Shown here: positions 17,090 to 27,154 of the stretch, one piece after another | How the letters are laid out: every line of letters starts with the position of its first letter | Position numbering within the stretch: position 1 is the first letter of the stretch | Source of the DNA: Candidatus Omnitrophota bacterium | GTDB taxonomy: Bacteria > Omnitrophota > Gorgyraeia > Zapsychrales > Fredricksoniimonadaceae | DNA length: 37,872 nt | Reading direction: 5' to 3' | Assembly (NCBI GenBank): GCA_043798045.1 | Contig: JAZDPD010000034.1 | Span: 1 to 37,872 of the forward strand | Notes under the pieces: generated by a model | What the model saw: only the letters and a program-made list of their open reading frames with translations | What the model was told of the DNA's origin: nothing | The model's database searches: none | Position numbers and translations under genes: made by a program

Positions 17090-17909
17090 CCAAATATCTC
17101 CTCCAAGCTTTTTCTAAAGCAGCAAGATTCTCAAATTCCATATAAGAACTCTTCAAGGCCGCCGTGAATTCACGACCCTTTTTAAGTTCCCGACAAAGCC
17201 GTTCAAAACGGTACACTTCATACTTCACGATCAAGAACCTGACAAGGCTGGCCGCCTCACGATAAAAAACACCCACCACAGCCCTGTCCGTTGTGGATCT
17301 TAGCGCCATGGAATTTAATTCAGCCAACGGAATATATGCGTCCCTGGCAATAAGTTCACGAACATCTGCGTCAGCCTCGATGCTTTGAGCCCGTTCCTGA
17401 AACATGGCCACACCTTCATCAAGCCATAAAGGAATATTGCCGTGGCTTCCCGCCGCTTCACGGAAAATAATATGCCCCAGCTCATGCGGCAAAAGCGTAT
17501 CAAAGAAACCTCTTTCCGACGGGAACGTCACAATCTCCCTGGTAGCCAGATTGACTTGACCACCCGACCAGGCATGATGCGACGAGCCGACATAATCCTC
17601 CCGTGAATGATAAATCGAAATCTTAACACGAGACGACCAAGACCATCCCTTATAACGCGTAAATCCCAAAGTAGTCATCGTATGGCGGTAATGCGTTTCC
17701 GCTTCACGCAACACTTCATTGACAAAACTTAACGGCACGTGTTGATGTCGGATAACAAAATGTTCGCTTTGAACCTCCTGCCAGTCCGCACCAGCTTCGG
17801 CCGCAAAAGCCATCCGCGAAGACAAGCCGATAGCACCACCCGCTACAAGCATCCAAGCGATCAATGAAAATAATTTATCCCTTATCATGAAGAACCTTGA
17901 TGGCTTCAT
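17073..17909 (-). CDS. Secreted zinc metallopeptidase-like protein (peptidase MA / gluzincin type).
   Basis: Signal-like N-terminus (LFSLIAWMLVAGGAIGLSSRMAFA|AE), HELGH zinc motif and downstream LDEGVAMF (third ligand Glu). It overlaps both murG and murC-ddl. The start may instead be the internal MIRDK at 17888. Confidence 0.7.
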   Translation of the reverse strand: MKPSRFFMIRDKLFSLIAWMLVAGGAIGLSSRMAFAAEAGADWQEVQSEHFVIRHQHVPLSFVNEVLREAETHYRHTMTTLGFTRYKGWSWSSRVKISIYHSREDYVGSSHHAWSGGQVNLATREIVTFPSERGFFDTLLPHELGHIIFREAAGSHGNIPLWLDEGVAMFQERAQSIEADADVRELIARDAYIPLAELNSMALRSTTDRAVVGVFYREAASLVRFLIVKYEVYRFERLCRELKKGREFTAALKSSYMEFENLAALEKAWRRYLDETHW

Positions 17910-18972
17910 CCGCCAAACGACTAGATCCGTCGGAAATAAAAGCTTCCTTTAGCCTCTTGCGGTTGATCAGACGCCGCCCTGAAGAGAAGTTGTTCCTGAT
18001 CTGTGCGAAAATCTTATCGCGAAGGATATCCTGCCGCAAGCACTTTTCATCAATTATTTCAGCCATTCCCAATTGCTCCAGAACACGCGCATTGTATTTC
18101 TGGTGACCCCTGGCACCGGGATACGGAATAAGCACGGCAGGAATCCCCCAAAGGCCGATCTCCATCACTGTTCCTGCCCCCGCCCGCCCGATCACAAGAT
18201 CGGCCGCCGCATACGCTATTTCAATCTGATCCATATACTCCCTCACCAACGCACGAACACCCTGGGCCGCATAAACGGCTTTAACATGCGCAAAGTCGTA
18301 ACGCCCGGTAACATGGATCACCTGCACATGCATGTCCGGGGGAATCTGTGAAAATGCCAGCACCACTTCCTTGTTAAAAACCCGGCTTCCCTGGCTGCCA
18401 CCAAAGACAAGCACCGTTTGGCAAAGAGGGTCAAGTCCAAGCGCCTCCAGTGCATCCTGTTGAGAAAGTGCCAGATCAAACTCCCGCAATGGATTCCCGA
18501 CCCAGACCGTCTTGTACGCCGGAAAATAGGCCATCGCCTCTTTAAACCCAACACCGACCCGGCAAGCTAGGCGGGCCAGTATCCTGTTGGCCGTGCCAGG
18601 CATGGCATTCTGTTCATGAATCATCGACGGAATGCCAAACAAGAATGCCGCGATGACCACCGGGAAAGAACTGTATCCTCCGAATCCAATGACAAGCGAC
18701 GGACGCCAACGCCAAAGCGCCGCCGCACATGGAATGAAAGCGCTGATCATGGATACAAGTGACCTGATTTTATCAAGCCATCCCTTGGAAACAAAGCCCT
18801 TGGCCTGAATACTGATACAATCAAACCCGGCTTCCCTGATCCTTTCCTGTGCAGATCCCAACACCCCGATGAAACAAACTTCCTGACCTCGCCGGCGTAG
18901 CTCCTGTGCCGTCACAAGCCCGGGATAAATATGCCCTCCGGTACCCCCTGTGGCCATAAAAATCCTAGACAT
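17875..18972 (-). CDS. murG: UDP-GlcNAc:undecaprenyl-PP-MurNAc-pentapeptide GlcNAc transferase.
   Basis: ATGGTGGHIYPG, GGSQGS, GAGT..E. Conserved dcw position. Confidence 0.95.
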   Translation of the reverse strand: MSRIFMATGGTGGHIYPGLVTAQELRRRGQEVCFIGVLGSAQERIREAGFDCISIQAKGFVSKGWLDKIRSLVSMISAFIPCAAALWRWRPSLVIGFGGYSSFPVVIAAFLFGIPSMIHEQNAMPGTANRILARLACRVGVGFKEAMAYFPAYKTVWVGNPLREFDLALSQQDALEALGLDPLCQTVLVFGGSQGSRVFNKEVVLAFSQIPPDMHVQVIHVTGRYDFAHVKAVYAAQGVRALVREYMDQIEIAYAAADLVIGRAGAGTVMEIGLWGIPAVLIPYPGARGHQKYNARVLEQLGMAEIIDEKCLRQDILRDKIFAQIRNNFSSGRRLINRKRLKEAFISDGSSRLADEAIKVLHDKG

Positions 18973-20067
18973 CTACCCTCCCAAATCCTGGATACGTGAA
19001 ACATTCAATAAAAGTCCAACAGCGGCCATGTTAAAAATCAATGCTGACCCGCCATAACTGATAAACGGCAACGGCAAACCTTTTGTCGGCAAAGCCCCGA
19101 TACTGACACCGATATTAACAACCACCTGAATGCTGAGCATCACCATGATCCCCACGCACAACAAATACCCGAACGAATCCCTTGTGTTACGGATGATGCG
19201 CGTCCCGTGCCAGATAAAAATACCGAAAAGAATCACAATCAATACAGCACCCAGGAAACCAAGTTCTTCACCAATAATGGAGAAAATAAAATCCGTGTGG
19301 GCCGCAGGAAGATAGAAAAGCTTCTGCACACTTTTCCCCAACCCGACCCCCCAAAAACCGCCGGATCCAAAGGCCATTTGCGACTGCGATAACTGGAAAC
19401 CGGCACCCTGCGGATCACTCCAGGGGTTCATGAAAGAAACAATGCGCCGCATACGGTACGGCGCGCTAATAACAAGCACCACCAGGACCGGCACAGCCAA
19501 AGCGATAATGCTGGCAAAGACAGTCTTGCGCCCGCCCGCCACAAAATACATGGACATCGTAATGACCGCCACCAAAACTGTATTGCCAAGATCAGGTTGT
19601 TTGATAATAAGCGCGCACATTAAACCCATAACCAAAAACACCGGCGTAAATCCATGCCTGATTGAACGGATAAAAGACCTTTTGCGCGAGAAGAAATCAG
19701 CCAAATAAATAATCATGGCAACTTTGGCAAACTCCGAAGGCTGGAAATTGATCGGCCCCGCACTAAACCAACGCCGGGCTCCCGATGAGACTTTTCCGAT
19801 ATGAGGGATCAGGACCAGCACCAACATCACAAGTGCCGCCAGCAAAATCCACCTGGCATATTTCTGAAGGTTACGGTAATCAATGATCATGACAAACCAC
19901 ATCCCAACGGCACCAATGACCAGAAACATCAAATGCCGCAACAAAAAATACGCGCTGTTGCCCATAACCTCAAGCGCATACACCCCGCTTGAACTGTAAA
20001 TCATCACCATGCCCAGACACAAAAGCATGATATATGACGCGAAAAATGTGATACGAATATCCCTCAT
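18973..20067 (-). CDS. ftsW: Peptidoglycan glycosyltransferase FtsW (SEDS family).
   Basis: FQPSEFAKV, HTDFIFS.IGEELG and GLPLPFISYGGS. The start is set at the ATG at 20065-20067 (MRDIRI...), just after the murD stop. The track's upstream extension overlaps murD. Confidence 0.93.
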   Translation of the reverse strand: MRDIRITFFASYIMLLCLGMVMIYSSSGVYALEVMGNSAYFLLRHLMFLVIGAVGMWFVMIIDYRNLQKYARWILLAALVMLVLVLIPHIGKVSSGARRWFSAGPINFQPSEFAKVAMIIYLADFFSRKRSFIRSIRHGFTPVFLVMGLMCALIIKQPDLGNTVLVAVITMSMYFVAGGRKTVFASIIALAVPVLVVLVISAPYRMRRIVSFMNPWSDPQGAGFQLSQSQMAFGSGGFWGVGLGKSVQKLFYLPAAHTDFIFSIIGEELGFLGAVLIVILFGIFIWHGTRIIRNTRDSFGYLLCVGIMVMLSIQVVVNIGVSIGALPTKGLPLPFISYGGSALIFNMAAVGLLLNVSRIQDLGG

Positions 20068-20068
20068 A

Positions 20069-21322
20069 TCATCCCTGCCAACCGTTAACGATCTCTTTAT
20101 ACACCTTACCACGATGTTCATAGCTGTTGAACATGTCAAAACTGGCCGTCATCGGGCATAACAAAACACATTCACCCGGCTGCGCCAAGGAATAAGCCTG
20201 CGCCACCGCAGCCGCCATATCCCCCTCAACAACCACGACAGAAACAATATCGCCAAACGTTGCCTTAAACTGTTCCCGAATTGCCCCCATGGACACCATC
20301 ACACGCACTTTCTCACGCACAAGCGCCCGTAGCGGCGCATAATCCAAATGTTTATCCGACCCACCCACCATGATGATGGTCGGCTTTTGCATCCGCTCCA
20401 GCGCCCATCTTCCGGATTCAACCGTTGTGGATTTGGAATCATTAACAAACTCAACCCCTCCCATAACCCGCACCCGTTCCAAGCGATGCTCCACACCAGG
20501 AAATTCATCAAAAACTTTTCTGGCAACCGGATCAGGGACATCGAAAACACGCGCCACTTCCAGCACGGCCAACTGATTGGGATTATCCGCTTCCCCCTCA
20601 CAATTAAAAAATCTTACCTGGGAAGATGTCTCACGAGCCAATCTGACCACCCAGGAATCCCGCGCGTTGAGGATAGCCACATCGGATGGTTGCTGATTCA
20701 TCAGGATACGCTTCTTCGCATTAAAATAATCTTCCATGTCGCAATGACGGTCCAGGTGATTCTGGCTGAAATTCGTAACCACAGCAACAGCCGGACGAAA
20801 GGCATCAATCAACTCCAGCTGGAACGAGCTGATCTCAACAACAAAAACATCAACACCTGGCGTCAGCACCTCCTGTGCAAAAGGAACGCCCACATTGCCG
20901 CACAAACACACATTCCTTCCGGAGGCCGCCAGAACCCTGGCGATCAAAGTCACTGTTGTTGTCTTGCCGTTAGATCCGGTCACAGCCACAACAGGCTTCT
21001 GGCAAAAACGCCATGCGAATTCAATCTCTCCCCATACAGGAATCGCCTTTGCGCGGGCCCATTGAAGAGCCGGTGCATCTTTCCAGACACCAGGACTGGC
21101 GACCACCAGATCTGCCTGCTGGATAAATGCCGACGTATGGGCCCCATATTCAATCTGCACACCGGAACGATCCCTAAGCCCTTGCAGGGCAGGTTCCAGC
21201 GCCTCCAGCGGCTTGGCATCTGAAATACCTACAACAGCCCCCATCTGCATGGCCAGATTCGCCGCGGCTATTCCACTGCGCGCAGCACCGATGATAACTA
21301 TTCTTTTACCTTTTATATCCAT
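20069..21322 (-). CDS. murD: UDP-N-acetylmuramoylalanine--D-glutamate ligase.
   Basis: GKRIVIIGAARSG, VTGSNGKTTT and NDSKSTT. The start is set at the ATG at 20320-21322 region, specifically 21320-21322 (MDIKGKR). The track's extension runs into the palindrome at 21347-21374. Confidence 0.93.
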   Translation of the reverse strand: MDIKGKRIVIIGAARSGIAAANLAMQMGAVVGISDAKPLEALEPALQGLRDRSGVQIEYGAHTSAFIQQADLVVASPGVWKDAPALQWARAKAIPVWGEIEFAWRFCQKPVVAVTGSNGKTTTVTLIARVLAASGRNVCLCGNVGVPFAQEVLTPGVDVFVVEISSFQLELIDAFRPAVAVVTNFSQNHLDRHCDMEDYFNAKKRILMNQQPSDVAILNARDSWVVRLARETSSQVRFFNCEGEADNPNQLAVLEVARVFDVPDPVARKVFDEFPGVEHRLERVRVMGGVEFVNDSKSTTVESGRWALERMQKPTIIMVGGSDKHLDYAPLRALVREKVRVMVSMGAIREQFKATFGDIVSVVVVEGDMAAAVAQAYSLAQPGECVLLCPMTASFDMFNSYEHRGKVYKEIVNGWQG

Positions 21323-22469
21323 ACTCTCTCCATTCAAACGCTGCAAGTAGGGGCGGCTCATGAGCCGCCCCTACACACAAACGAATCTTCAATGTCGTCA
21401 ACGTAATCAACGCCAGAATAATCCCGATAATCCAGAAACGAATAACAATCTTGGATTCCTTCCAATTGATCTTCTGCAAATGATGATGATACGGCGCACA
21501 TTTAAATATTCTTCTGCCTGTTAGCTTGAATGAAGCCACCTGCAAAATTACTGATAATGCCTCCCAGACAAAAACACCCCCAAGGATACCCATTAAAAGT
21601 TCTTTCTTGATAAAAATGGCAATGATCCCCAATGTGCCGCCCAGGGCCAGCGAACCCACATCACCCATGAAAACCGTTGCCGGGTATGCATTAAACCACA
21701 AAAACCCGAGGCTGGCACCGATCATGGCCGCACAAAAAACTGTCAACTCACCTGTCCCTGGGATATAAGGAATAAAAAGATATTCACTGATGCGGATATT
21801 GCCGCTGATATAACAAAGAATCCCAAGAGTAATCGCCACCATGAGCGTACAACCAATGGCAAGGCCGTCAAGGCCATCCGTCAGATTCACGGCATTGGAT
21901 GTCCCGACAACCACAACCATGGCAAACAAGATATAGAAAGCGCCCAAATCAATGGCCAAATGCTTAAAGAACGGAACATCAAGCGTTGTACTCACATGAA
22001 GCTGGGTATAAAGAAAAAAGCTGACAAGCCCGGCAAGGATAACCTGCCATATCATCTTGGTTGATGCATTAAGCCCGCTCCTGGACTTACCGGACAATTT
22101 CAGATAATCATCATAGAAACCAAGCACCGAAAGCCATATCATCGTTAATATCGTCAGCAAAATATAAGGATTCCTCAGATCAGACCACAAAAGAACCGAC
22201 AACAGGATACTGCCAATGATCAGGATACCGCCCATTGCGGGAATATTCTGCTTGGTCTTGAGTTCTTCATTAAGCACCGTACCGCGCGCCGAATGCATAT
22301 CCTGCTTGTCCCCTAGATTCCACTCCTGCAATTTTCGAATGAACCACGGCCCGATTATTATGCACACCAAAAACGTCGTCACCGCCGCCATCCCGGCCCG
22401 GAAAGTAATGTACTTGAAAATATTCAGCGCAAAAAACTCGTACCGCAGCAACGAAAGATAATAAAACAT
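21306..22469 (-). CDS. mraY: Phospho-N-acetylmuramoyl-pentapeptide transferase, with a 23-aa palindrome-derived C-terminal extension.
   Basis: NAVNLTDGLDGLA, PATVFMGDVGSLALGG and APYHHH. The canonical end ...TTLKIR is followed by LCVGAAHEPPLLAAFEWREYGYKR, read through the palindrome. Confidence 0.93.
   Translation of the reverse strand: MFYYLSLLRYEFFALNIFKYITFRAGMAAVTTFLVCIIIGPWFIRKLQEWNLGDKQDMHSARGTVLNEELKTKQNIPAMGGILIIGSILLSVLLWSDLRNPYILLTILTMIWLSVLGFYDDYLKLSGKSRSGLNASTKMIWQVILAGLVSFFLYTQLHVSTTLDVPFFKHLAIDLGAFYILFAMVVVVGTSNAVNLTDGLDGLAIGCTLMVAITLGILCYISGNIRISEYLFIPYIPGTGELTVFCAAMIGASLGFLWFNAYPATVFMGDVGSLALGGTLGIIAIFIKKELLMGILGGVFVWEALSVILQVASFKLTGRRIFKCAPYHHHLQKINWKESKIVIRFWIIGIILALITLTTLKIRLCVGAAHEPPLLAAFEWREYGYKR
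21347..21374. repeat. Perfect 28-nt palindrome GTAGGGGCGGCTCA|TGAGCCGCCCCTAC at the mraY/murD junction.
   Basis: The sequence is its own reverse complement (14-nt arms). It belongs to the same family as 754-781 and 6178-6206. Confidence 0.9.
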
Positions 22470-22473
22470 GGAT

Positions 22474-23841
22474 TTATCCTTTCAAAAACCCCTCAAGCAC
22501 TTTTTCCATCCGCATCCCGCGCGAACCCTTGAATAAAATCACATCGCCACAATGAAGATATTTCCGGATCGCCGCTGTCAAACGCAGCTGATCCTCGAAT
22601 GCCTGCACCATGAGCCTCTCCCCCGTCCTCCTGGCCGCCGCCGCAATCAGCTTTGCCTGCTTCCCGTACGTGAAGACAGCATCAATGCCCGCCGCTGCAA
22701 CAGAAGCCCCGACATCCCGGTGAAGGTCATCCGAGCGCTTGCCCAATTCCAGCATATCCGCCGCCACAAGAATACGACGTCCTTTTCCCTGAAACATCTT
22801 CAACGTAGCAAGGGCATTCTTATAAGAAACCGGATTAGCATTATAGGTGTCATCAATGAACGTGATGCCGCCGGATTTGATCAGGCACTGCCGCCCTTTG
22901 GCTGGCTTCGCCCTTGAAATAGCCTGCCGGATAACCGCAGGGCTCAAACGGAAGAAGCGTCCGCAAGCAATGGCCGCCAAGGCATTGTAAACAGCCCCGA
23001 CTGAAGGACTCTTCACAATAAATGACAGCTTCTGATCGACACAAAACGATATCCCGGATGCCTTCAGCTCCAGGTCATGAGCCATCACATCCGCCTTATG
23101 TTCAACCGCATAAGAAATAACATGCTGAGATAACTTTCTTTTCAACAACCCGGCCCAATAAGGATCATCCGCGTTCAAAATAATACACCCGTCCTTGGGT
23201 AAATATTTTATCAGCGAAAGTTTTTCTTCAAACACACCCTTCAAACTTCCCAGCCCCTGCAAATGTGAAGCCCCGACATTCGTCAAAACAGCCACTGTCG
23301 GGCAAGCATTCTGTGCAAGCCAGTCGATCTCGCCGGGATGATTGGTCCCCATCTCGATAACAGCGGCCTCGTGGCGCACCGTCAGCTTCAACAACGTTAA
23401 AGGAACCCCCATATGGTTATTCTCTGTCCCCTTATTAAAAAGGACGCGGTATCCCTGGCGCATGACCGCCGCCACCAGTTCTTTCGTCGATGTTTTTCCC
23501 GCACTCCCCGTAATACCAATAACAGGTATGTTAAATCGCTGACGATGATGCCTGGCGATGCGACCCAACGCCTTAACCGTATCATCCACCAGAACAACCG
23601 CCTTGCCCGCAGGGAACGGCACATCTTGACGGTGAACCACAAAAGCCGAAGCGCCTCCTGCGGCGGCCTGGCCCAGAAAATCATGCCCGTCAAACGCCTC
23701 GCCATGAATGGCGACAAAAAGCTGATGACGTTTGATCAGCCGCGTATCTGTTGATACACCGATAACCTTCTGCCCGGGTTTACCCGTGAGAAGTTTTCCT
23801 CCCGTCGCACGAACAATTTCCTGTAACGTGAATACCGCCAT
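22474..23841 (-). CDS. murF: UDP-MurNAc-tripeptide--D-alanyl-D-alanine ligase.
   Basis: GITGSAGKTSTKE, EMGTNHPGEI and DDTYNANP. Confidence 0.95.
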   Translation of the reverse strand: MAVFTLQEIVRATGGKLLTGKPGQKVIGVSTDTRLIKRHQLFVAIHGEAFDGHDFLGQAAAGGASAFVVHRQDVPFPAGKAVVLVDDTVKALGRIARHHRQRFNIPVIGITGSAGKTSTKELVAAVMRQGYRVLFNKGTENNHMGVPLTLLKLTVRHEAAVIEMGTNHPGEIDWLAQNACPTVAVLTNVGASHLQGLGSLKGVFEEKLSLIKYLPKDGCIILNADDPYWAGLLKRKLSQHVISYAVEHKADVMAHDLELKASGISFCVDQKLSFIVKSPSVGAVYNALAAIACGRFFRLSPAVIRQAISRAKPAKGRQCLIKSGGITFIDDTYNANPVSYKNALATLKMFQGKGRRILVAADMLELGKRSDDLHRDVGASVAAAGIDAVFTYGKQAKLIAAAARRTGERLMVQAFEDQLRLTAAIRKYLHCGDVILFKGSRGMRMEKVLEGFLKG

Positions 23842-25316
23842 CAGTTGCCCTTCTCGATAAAACGCCGCACAATATCTTTCTCAATAAAATCAACCTGACC
23901 GTCCTTTAACACCTGATATGTTTCATGCCCCTTGCCCGCCAGAAGAATAATGTCACCTTTGCATGCCATGGTCAAGGCAGCATGAATGGCCCCCTGCCTG
24001 TCGGGAACAACGTCATACATCCTGCGCGTGAAACCAGGCACAATATCAGCAATAATCGCCCCGGGGTCTTCACCCCGCGGATTATCCGATGTAAGGATCG
24101 CATGATCAGCCAATTCACAGGCCACACGCCCCATCCGCGGCCGTTTGGTTCGGTCACGATCACCGCCACAGCCAAACACCACGATCAAACGCCGATGCGG
24201 CACGGCCTTAAGGCACTCCAGAACATTCTTTAACCCGTCATCCGTATGCGCATAGTCAATGAACACAAAATAATCCTGACCGGCATCAACGCGTTCCAGT
24301 CGCCCGGGAACACAGTCAAGCGATTCAATCCCCTCCTTGATAACACCCGGCGAGAAACCTTCACCAAGGCCCATGGCAAATGCCGCCAGAAGATTATAGA
24401 TATTATGGCGACCGATAAAATGCGTCGTAAAAGCTATTTCCTGACCAAAAAACTTGATCTTAAAACAAGTGCCGTTTAAATCATAACTTTCAATCTGCGC
24501 CCGGACATCGGCAGGGGCTTCAATCCCATAAGTAATCACACGCGCCCGTGTGATGGCTGTCAGCCGCCGGCCATAAGGATCATCGGCATTCACAACGGCG
24601 AAAGAATCCGGTGATAATCCTGTAAAAAGACGCGCTTTGGCCTGAAAATACCCTTCCATTGTTTTATGAAAATCCAGATGATCCCCGGTCAGATTGGTGA
24701 ATGCCGCTCCCCGAAAATCAATGAGTGCCACGCGGGCTTGCGCCAGCGCATGCGAAGAAACCTCCATGACGGCATGGCTAACACCCTCTTTCAGCAACCC
24801 CGCCAGGAATATCTGATTATCCAGAAAACCTGGTGTGGTATTCCTGGAAGGCAATATCTTATCCCCGACACGATAATTCACGGTTCCAACCACCCCGCAT
24901 TTCTTGCCAGCTGCCTTCAAGACAGCTTCCAGAAAATACGTTATTGTCGTTTTACCATTTGTCCCTGTAACACCCCAAACGCGTACTTTCTTGGACGGAT
25001 GGCCATAAAAACGGTCCACCACAACACGAAAAAGGCTACGTGGATCATGGGCCGTGATGAAACAAATCCCGGGAAATCTTGAACGCAGGGTTTCCACCGA
25101 AAACGGCGGAACAACAACAACTTTAGCGCCCTTGATCACAGCATCTGCCAGAAATTTAACGCCATCCTGCGTTGCGTCAGTGACCGGCGGCAATGCCGCA
25201 AAAAGGCAGCCTGACGTTACACGGCGGGAATCATCCCAGACAGCCTGGATCTCCAGCCCTTCCCAGGCCGGCTCCACATCCGCATACCCGTCTACCAGGT
25301 CTTTTAACCGCATCAA
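23841..25316 (-). CDS. murE: UDP-MurNAc-L-Ala-D-Glu--2,6-diaminopimelate ligase.
   Basis: GVTGTNGKTT, EVSSHAL, DYAHTDD and the DNPR motif (TSDNPRGE), which is typical of meso-DAP-adding enzymes. Confidence 0.95.
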   Translation of the reverse strand: MMRLKDLVDGYADVEPAWEGLEIQAVWDDSRRVTSGCLFAALPPVTDATQDGVKFLADAVIKGAKVVVVPPFSVETLRSRFPGICFITAHDPRSLFRVVVDRFYGHPSKKVRVWGVTGTNGKTTITYFLEAVLKAAGKKCGVVGTVNYRVGDKILPSRNTTPGFLDNQIFLAGLLKEGVSHAVMEVSSHALAQARVALIDFRGAAFTNLTGDHLDFHKTMEGYFQAKARLFTGLSPDSFAVVNADDPYGRRLTAITRARVITYGIEAPADVRAQIESYDLNGTCFKIKFFGQEIAFTTHFIGRHNIYNLLAAFAMGLGEGFSPGVIKEGIESLDCVPGRLERVDAGQDYFVFIDYAHTDDGLKNVLECLKAVPHRRLIVVFGCGGDRDRTKRPRMGRVACELADHAILTSDNPRGEDPGAIIADIVPGFTRRMYDVVPDRQGAIHAALTMACKGDIILLAGKGHETYQVLKDGQVDFIEKDIVRRFIEKGN

Positions 25317-26998
25317 TTGCCTCCCTGGCGACTATCCAAATAACGCAATGAATTCTCCACGATCTCCTTGAACACCGGCGCCGAAACAAGCCCGCCATAA
25401 TACACCGGGTGCGGCTCGTCCACCGTCACAACAATCGCCAGGCGTGGATTTTCCACGGGGGCAAACCCGATGAACGACGCCACAAATTTACTGTGCGAAT
25501 ACGTCCCTCCGACAACCTTCTGTGCCGTCCCTGTCTTGCCGCCCGCTGTTATATCTTTCATTTTTCCGGCCGTCGCGGTCCCCTCATCAACAACAGCTTG
25601 TAAAATAGCCTTCATGCGATGCGCTGTTTCAGGATGCAGTACCCGATCCAGCATCTGCGGCTGAAATTCCCGGATAATGGCACCTGAAGGGTCCATGATA
25701 GTTTTAACATAATACGGCTTCATATATCGGCCGTCATTGGCAATAGCCGCGATCGCCGAAACCAGCTGAATGGACGTCACGGTCACTTCCTGCCCAATGG
25801 GTATGGCCCCAATACTCGTTTTCGACCATTTCGACGTCGGTTTTAAAAGACCCGAAACTTCTCCCACCATCCCGATGCCGGTTTTCATGCCGAAATGAAA
25901 GCGGTGCGCATACTGATAAACCTTCTCCGCCCCAATCTTCTGTGCAATCTTGGTAACACCAATATTACTGGAATGCACCACTACCTGCCGAAAGGTCAAG
26001 TTGCCTTCCGGTTCATGATCGTGTAAAATATGGTTTCCCACACGATACGCGCCATTTTCACAAAAGATAATATCCTCTTCCATAAATGCATTTTCTTCAA
26101 GGCCCGCAGATGCCGCCACAATCTTGAAAACTGACCCGGGTTCATACACAAAAGCTACAGCACGATTAGTCCTGTTCTCCGCCGGAGATGCTTCCGGCTG
26201 ATCAGGCCTGAATGTGGGCCGATTCGCAAACGCAAGCACTTCGCCTGTTTTAGGATCAAGCACAATAACAGAAGCGCTTTGCGCATGATATTTCTGATAC
26301 GCCTTGTCCAACGCTTTCTCGGCAATATACTGGATCGTCTCATCAATGGTCAAAACCACACTTGAACCGTTGACAGGTGCAACGAAATCCTTTTCGATCA
26401 ACAAATCACGCATGCGCGCATCACGCAGGAACTGAGCCATGCCCTTTCTCCCGCGCAAATACTTGTCATATTCAAGTTCAACTCCCTGCAAGCCGGCATT
26501 ATCAACATTGGCAAAACCGATAACATGCGCCGCCAAATCACCATTGGGATAGAAACGTTTGCTTTCTTTAACAAAACTGATGCCCGATACTTTCAGGGCC
26601 TTTAAAGCCTCATACTGCTCCGGCGTCACTTTCCGCTCTATCCAGACGAAATATTTTTGTTTCTCCATACGCTGGGCGTAAATCTGCACAGCACCGCCCA
26701 ACACTTTAGACAAGCTTTTGGCAGCCGCCTTTTTCTGGTCATCTGTCATGCTGCGGGGATTCGCAAATACGGAATACGCCGCCACATTAAGTGCCAGAGA
26801 ACGGATATTACGGTCATAAATCGTCCCACGAATCGGATCAATTTCTACAATATGATTATGCTGTTTTTCCGCTTTATCTGCAAGATAATCCGCACGAAAC
26901 ACCTGAATCAGCGACAATTTGATCAAAAACAGGATAATACAAAACAGAAAGAGAAAGAAAATTAGAGCAACACGTGGGGGGTATTTTTGAAAATGCAA
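25313..26998 (-). CDS. ftsI: Penicillin-binding protein 3-like transpeptidase FtsI.
   Basis: N-terminal TM helix, SVFK (SxxK), SSN and KTGT motifs. The only available start is TTG (26996-26998), with no obvious SD, so the start is uncertain. Confidence 0.9.
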   Translation of the reverse strand: MHFQKYPPRVALIFFLFLFCIILFLIKLSLIQVFRADYLADKAEKQHNHIVEIDPIRGTIYDRNIRSLALNVAAYSVFANPRSMTDDQKKAAAKSLSKVLGGAVQIYAQRMEKQKYFVWIERKVTPEQYEALKALKVSGISFVKESKRFYPNGDLAAHVIGFANVDNAGLQGVELEYDKYLRGRKGMAQFLRDARMRDLLIEKDFVAPVNGSSVVLTIDETIQYIAEKALDKAYQKYHAQSASVIVLDPKTGEVLAFANRPTFRPDQPEASPAENRTNRAVAFVYEPGSVFKIVAASAGLEENAFMEEDIIFCENGAYRVGNHILHDHEPEGNLTFRQVVVHSSNIGVTKIAQKIGAEKVYQYAHRFHFGMKTGIGMVGEVSGLLKPTSKWSKTSIGAIPIGQEVTVTSIQLVSAIAAIANDGRYMKPYYVKTIMDPSGAIIREFQPQMLDRVLHPETAHRMKAILQAVVDEGTATAGKMKDITAGGKTGTAQKVVGGTYSHSKFVASFIGFAPVENPRLAIVVTVDEPHPVYYGGLVSAPVFKEIVENSLRYLDSRQGGN

Positions 26999-27154
26999 AG
27001 GAATTAATACTGTTAATTTTTTTATAATATGTTTATATACTAATTCTAAGTTATCTTGGAAGGATGAAAAGTAAAAACATCAAAATTTTTAAATCCGGAT
27101 ATTTAACCCGCTTTCCTGGACAACTAAAGCGTGAGGATAACAATACGGATTAAA

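Noticed and set aside
20348-21223. A 291-aa plus-strand ORF in the track.
   Set aside because: It lies entirely antisense to murD, which has clear Mur-ligase motifs. It is low-complexity and R/H/Q-rich with no recognisable motif, so it is a shadow ORF.
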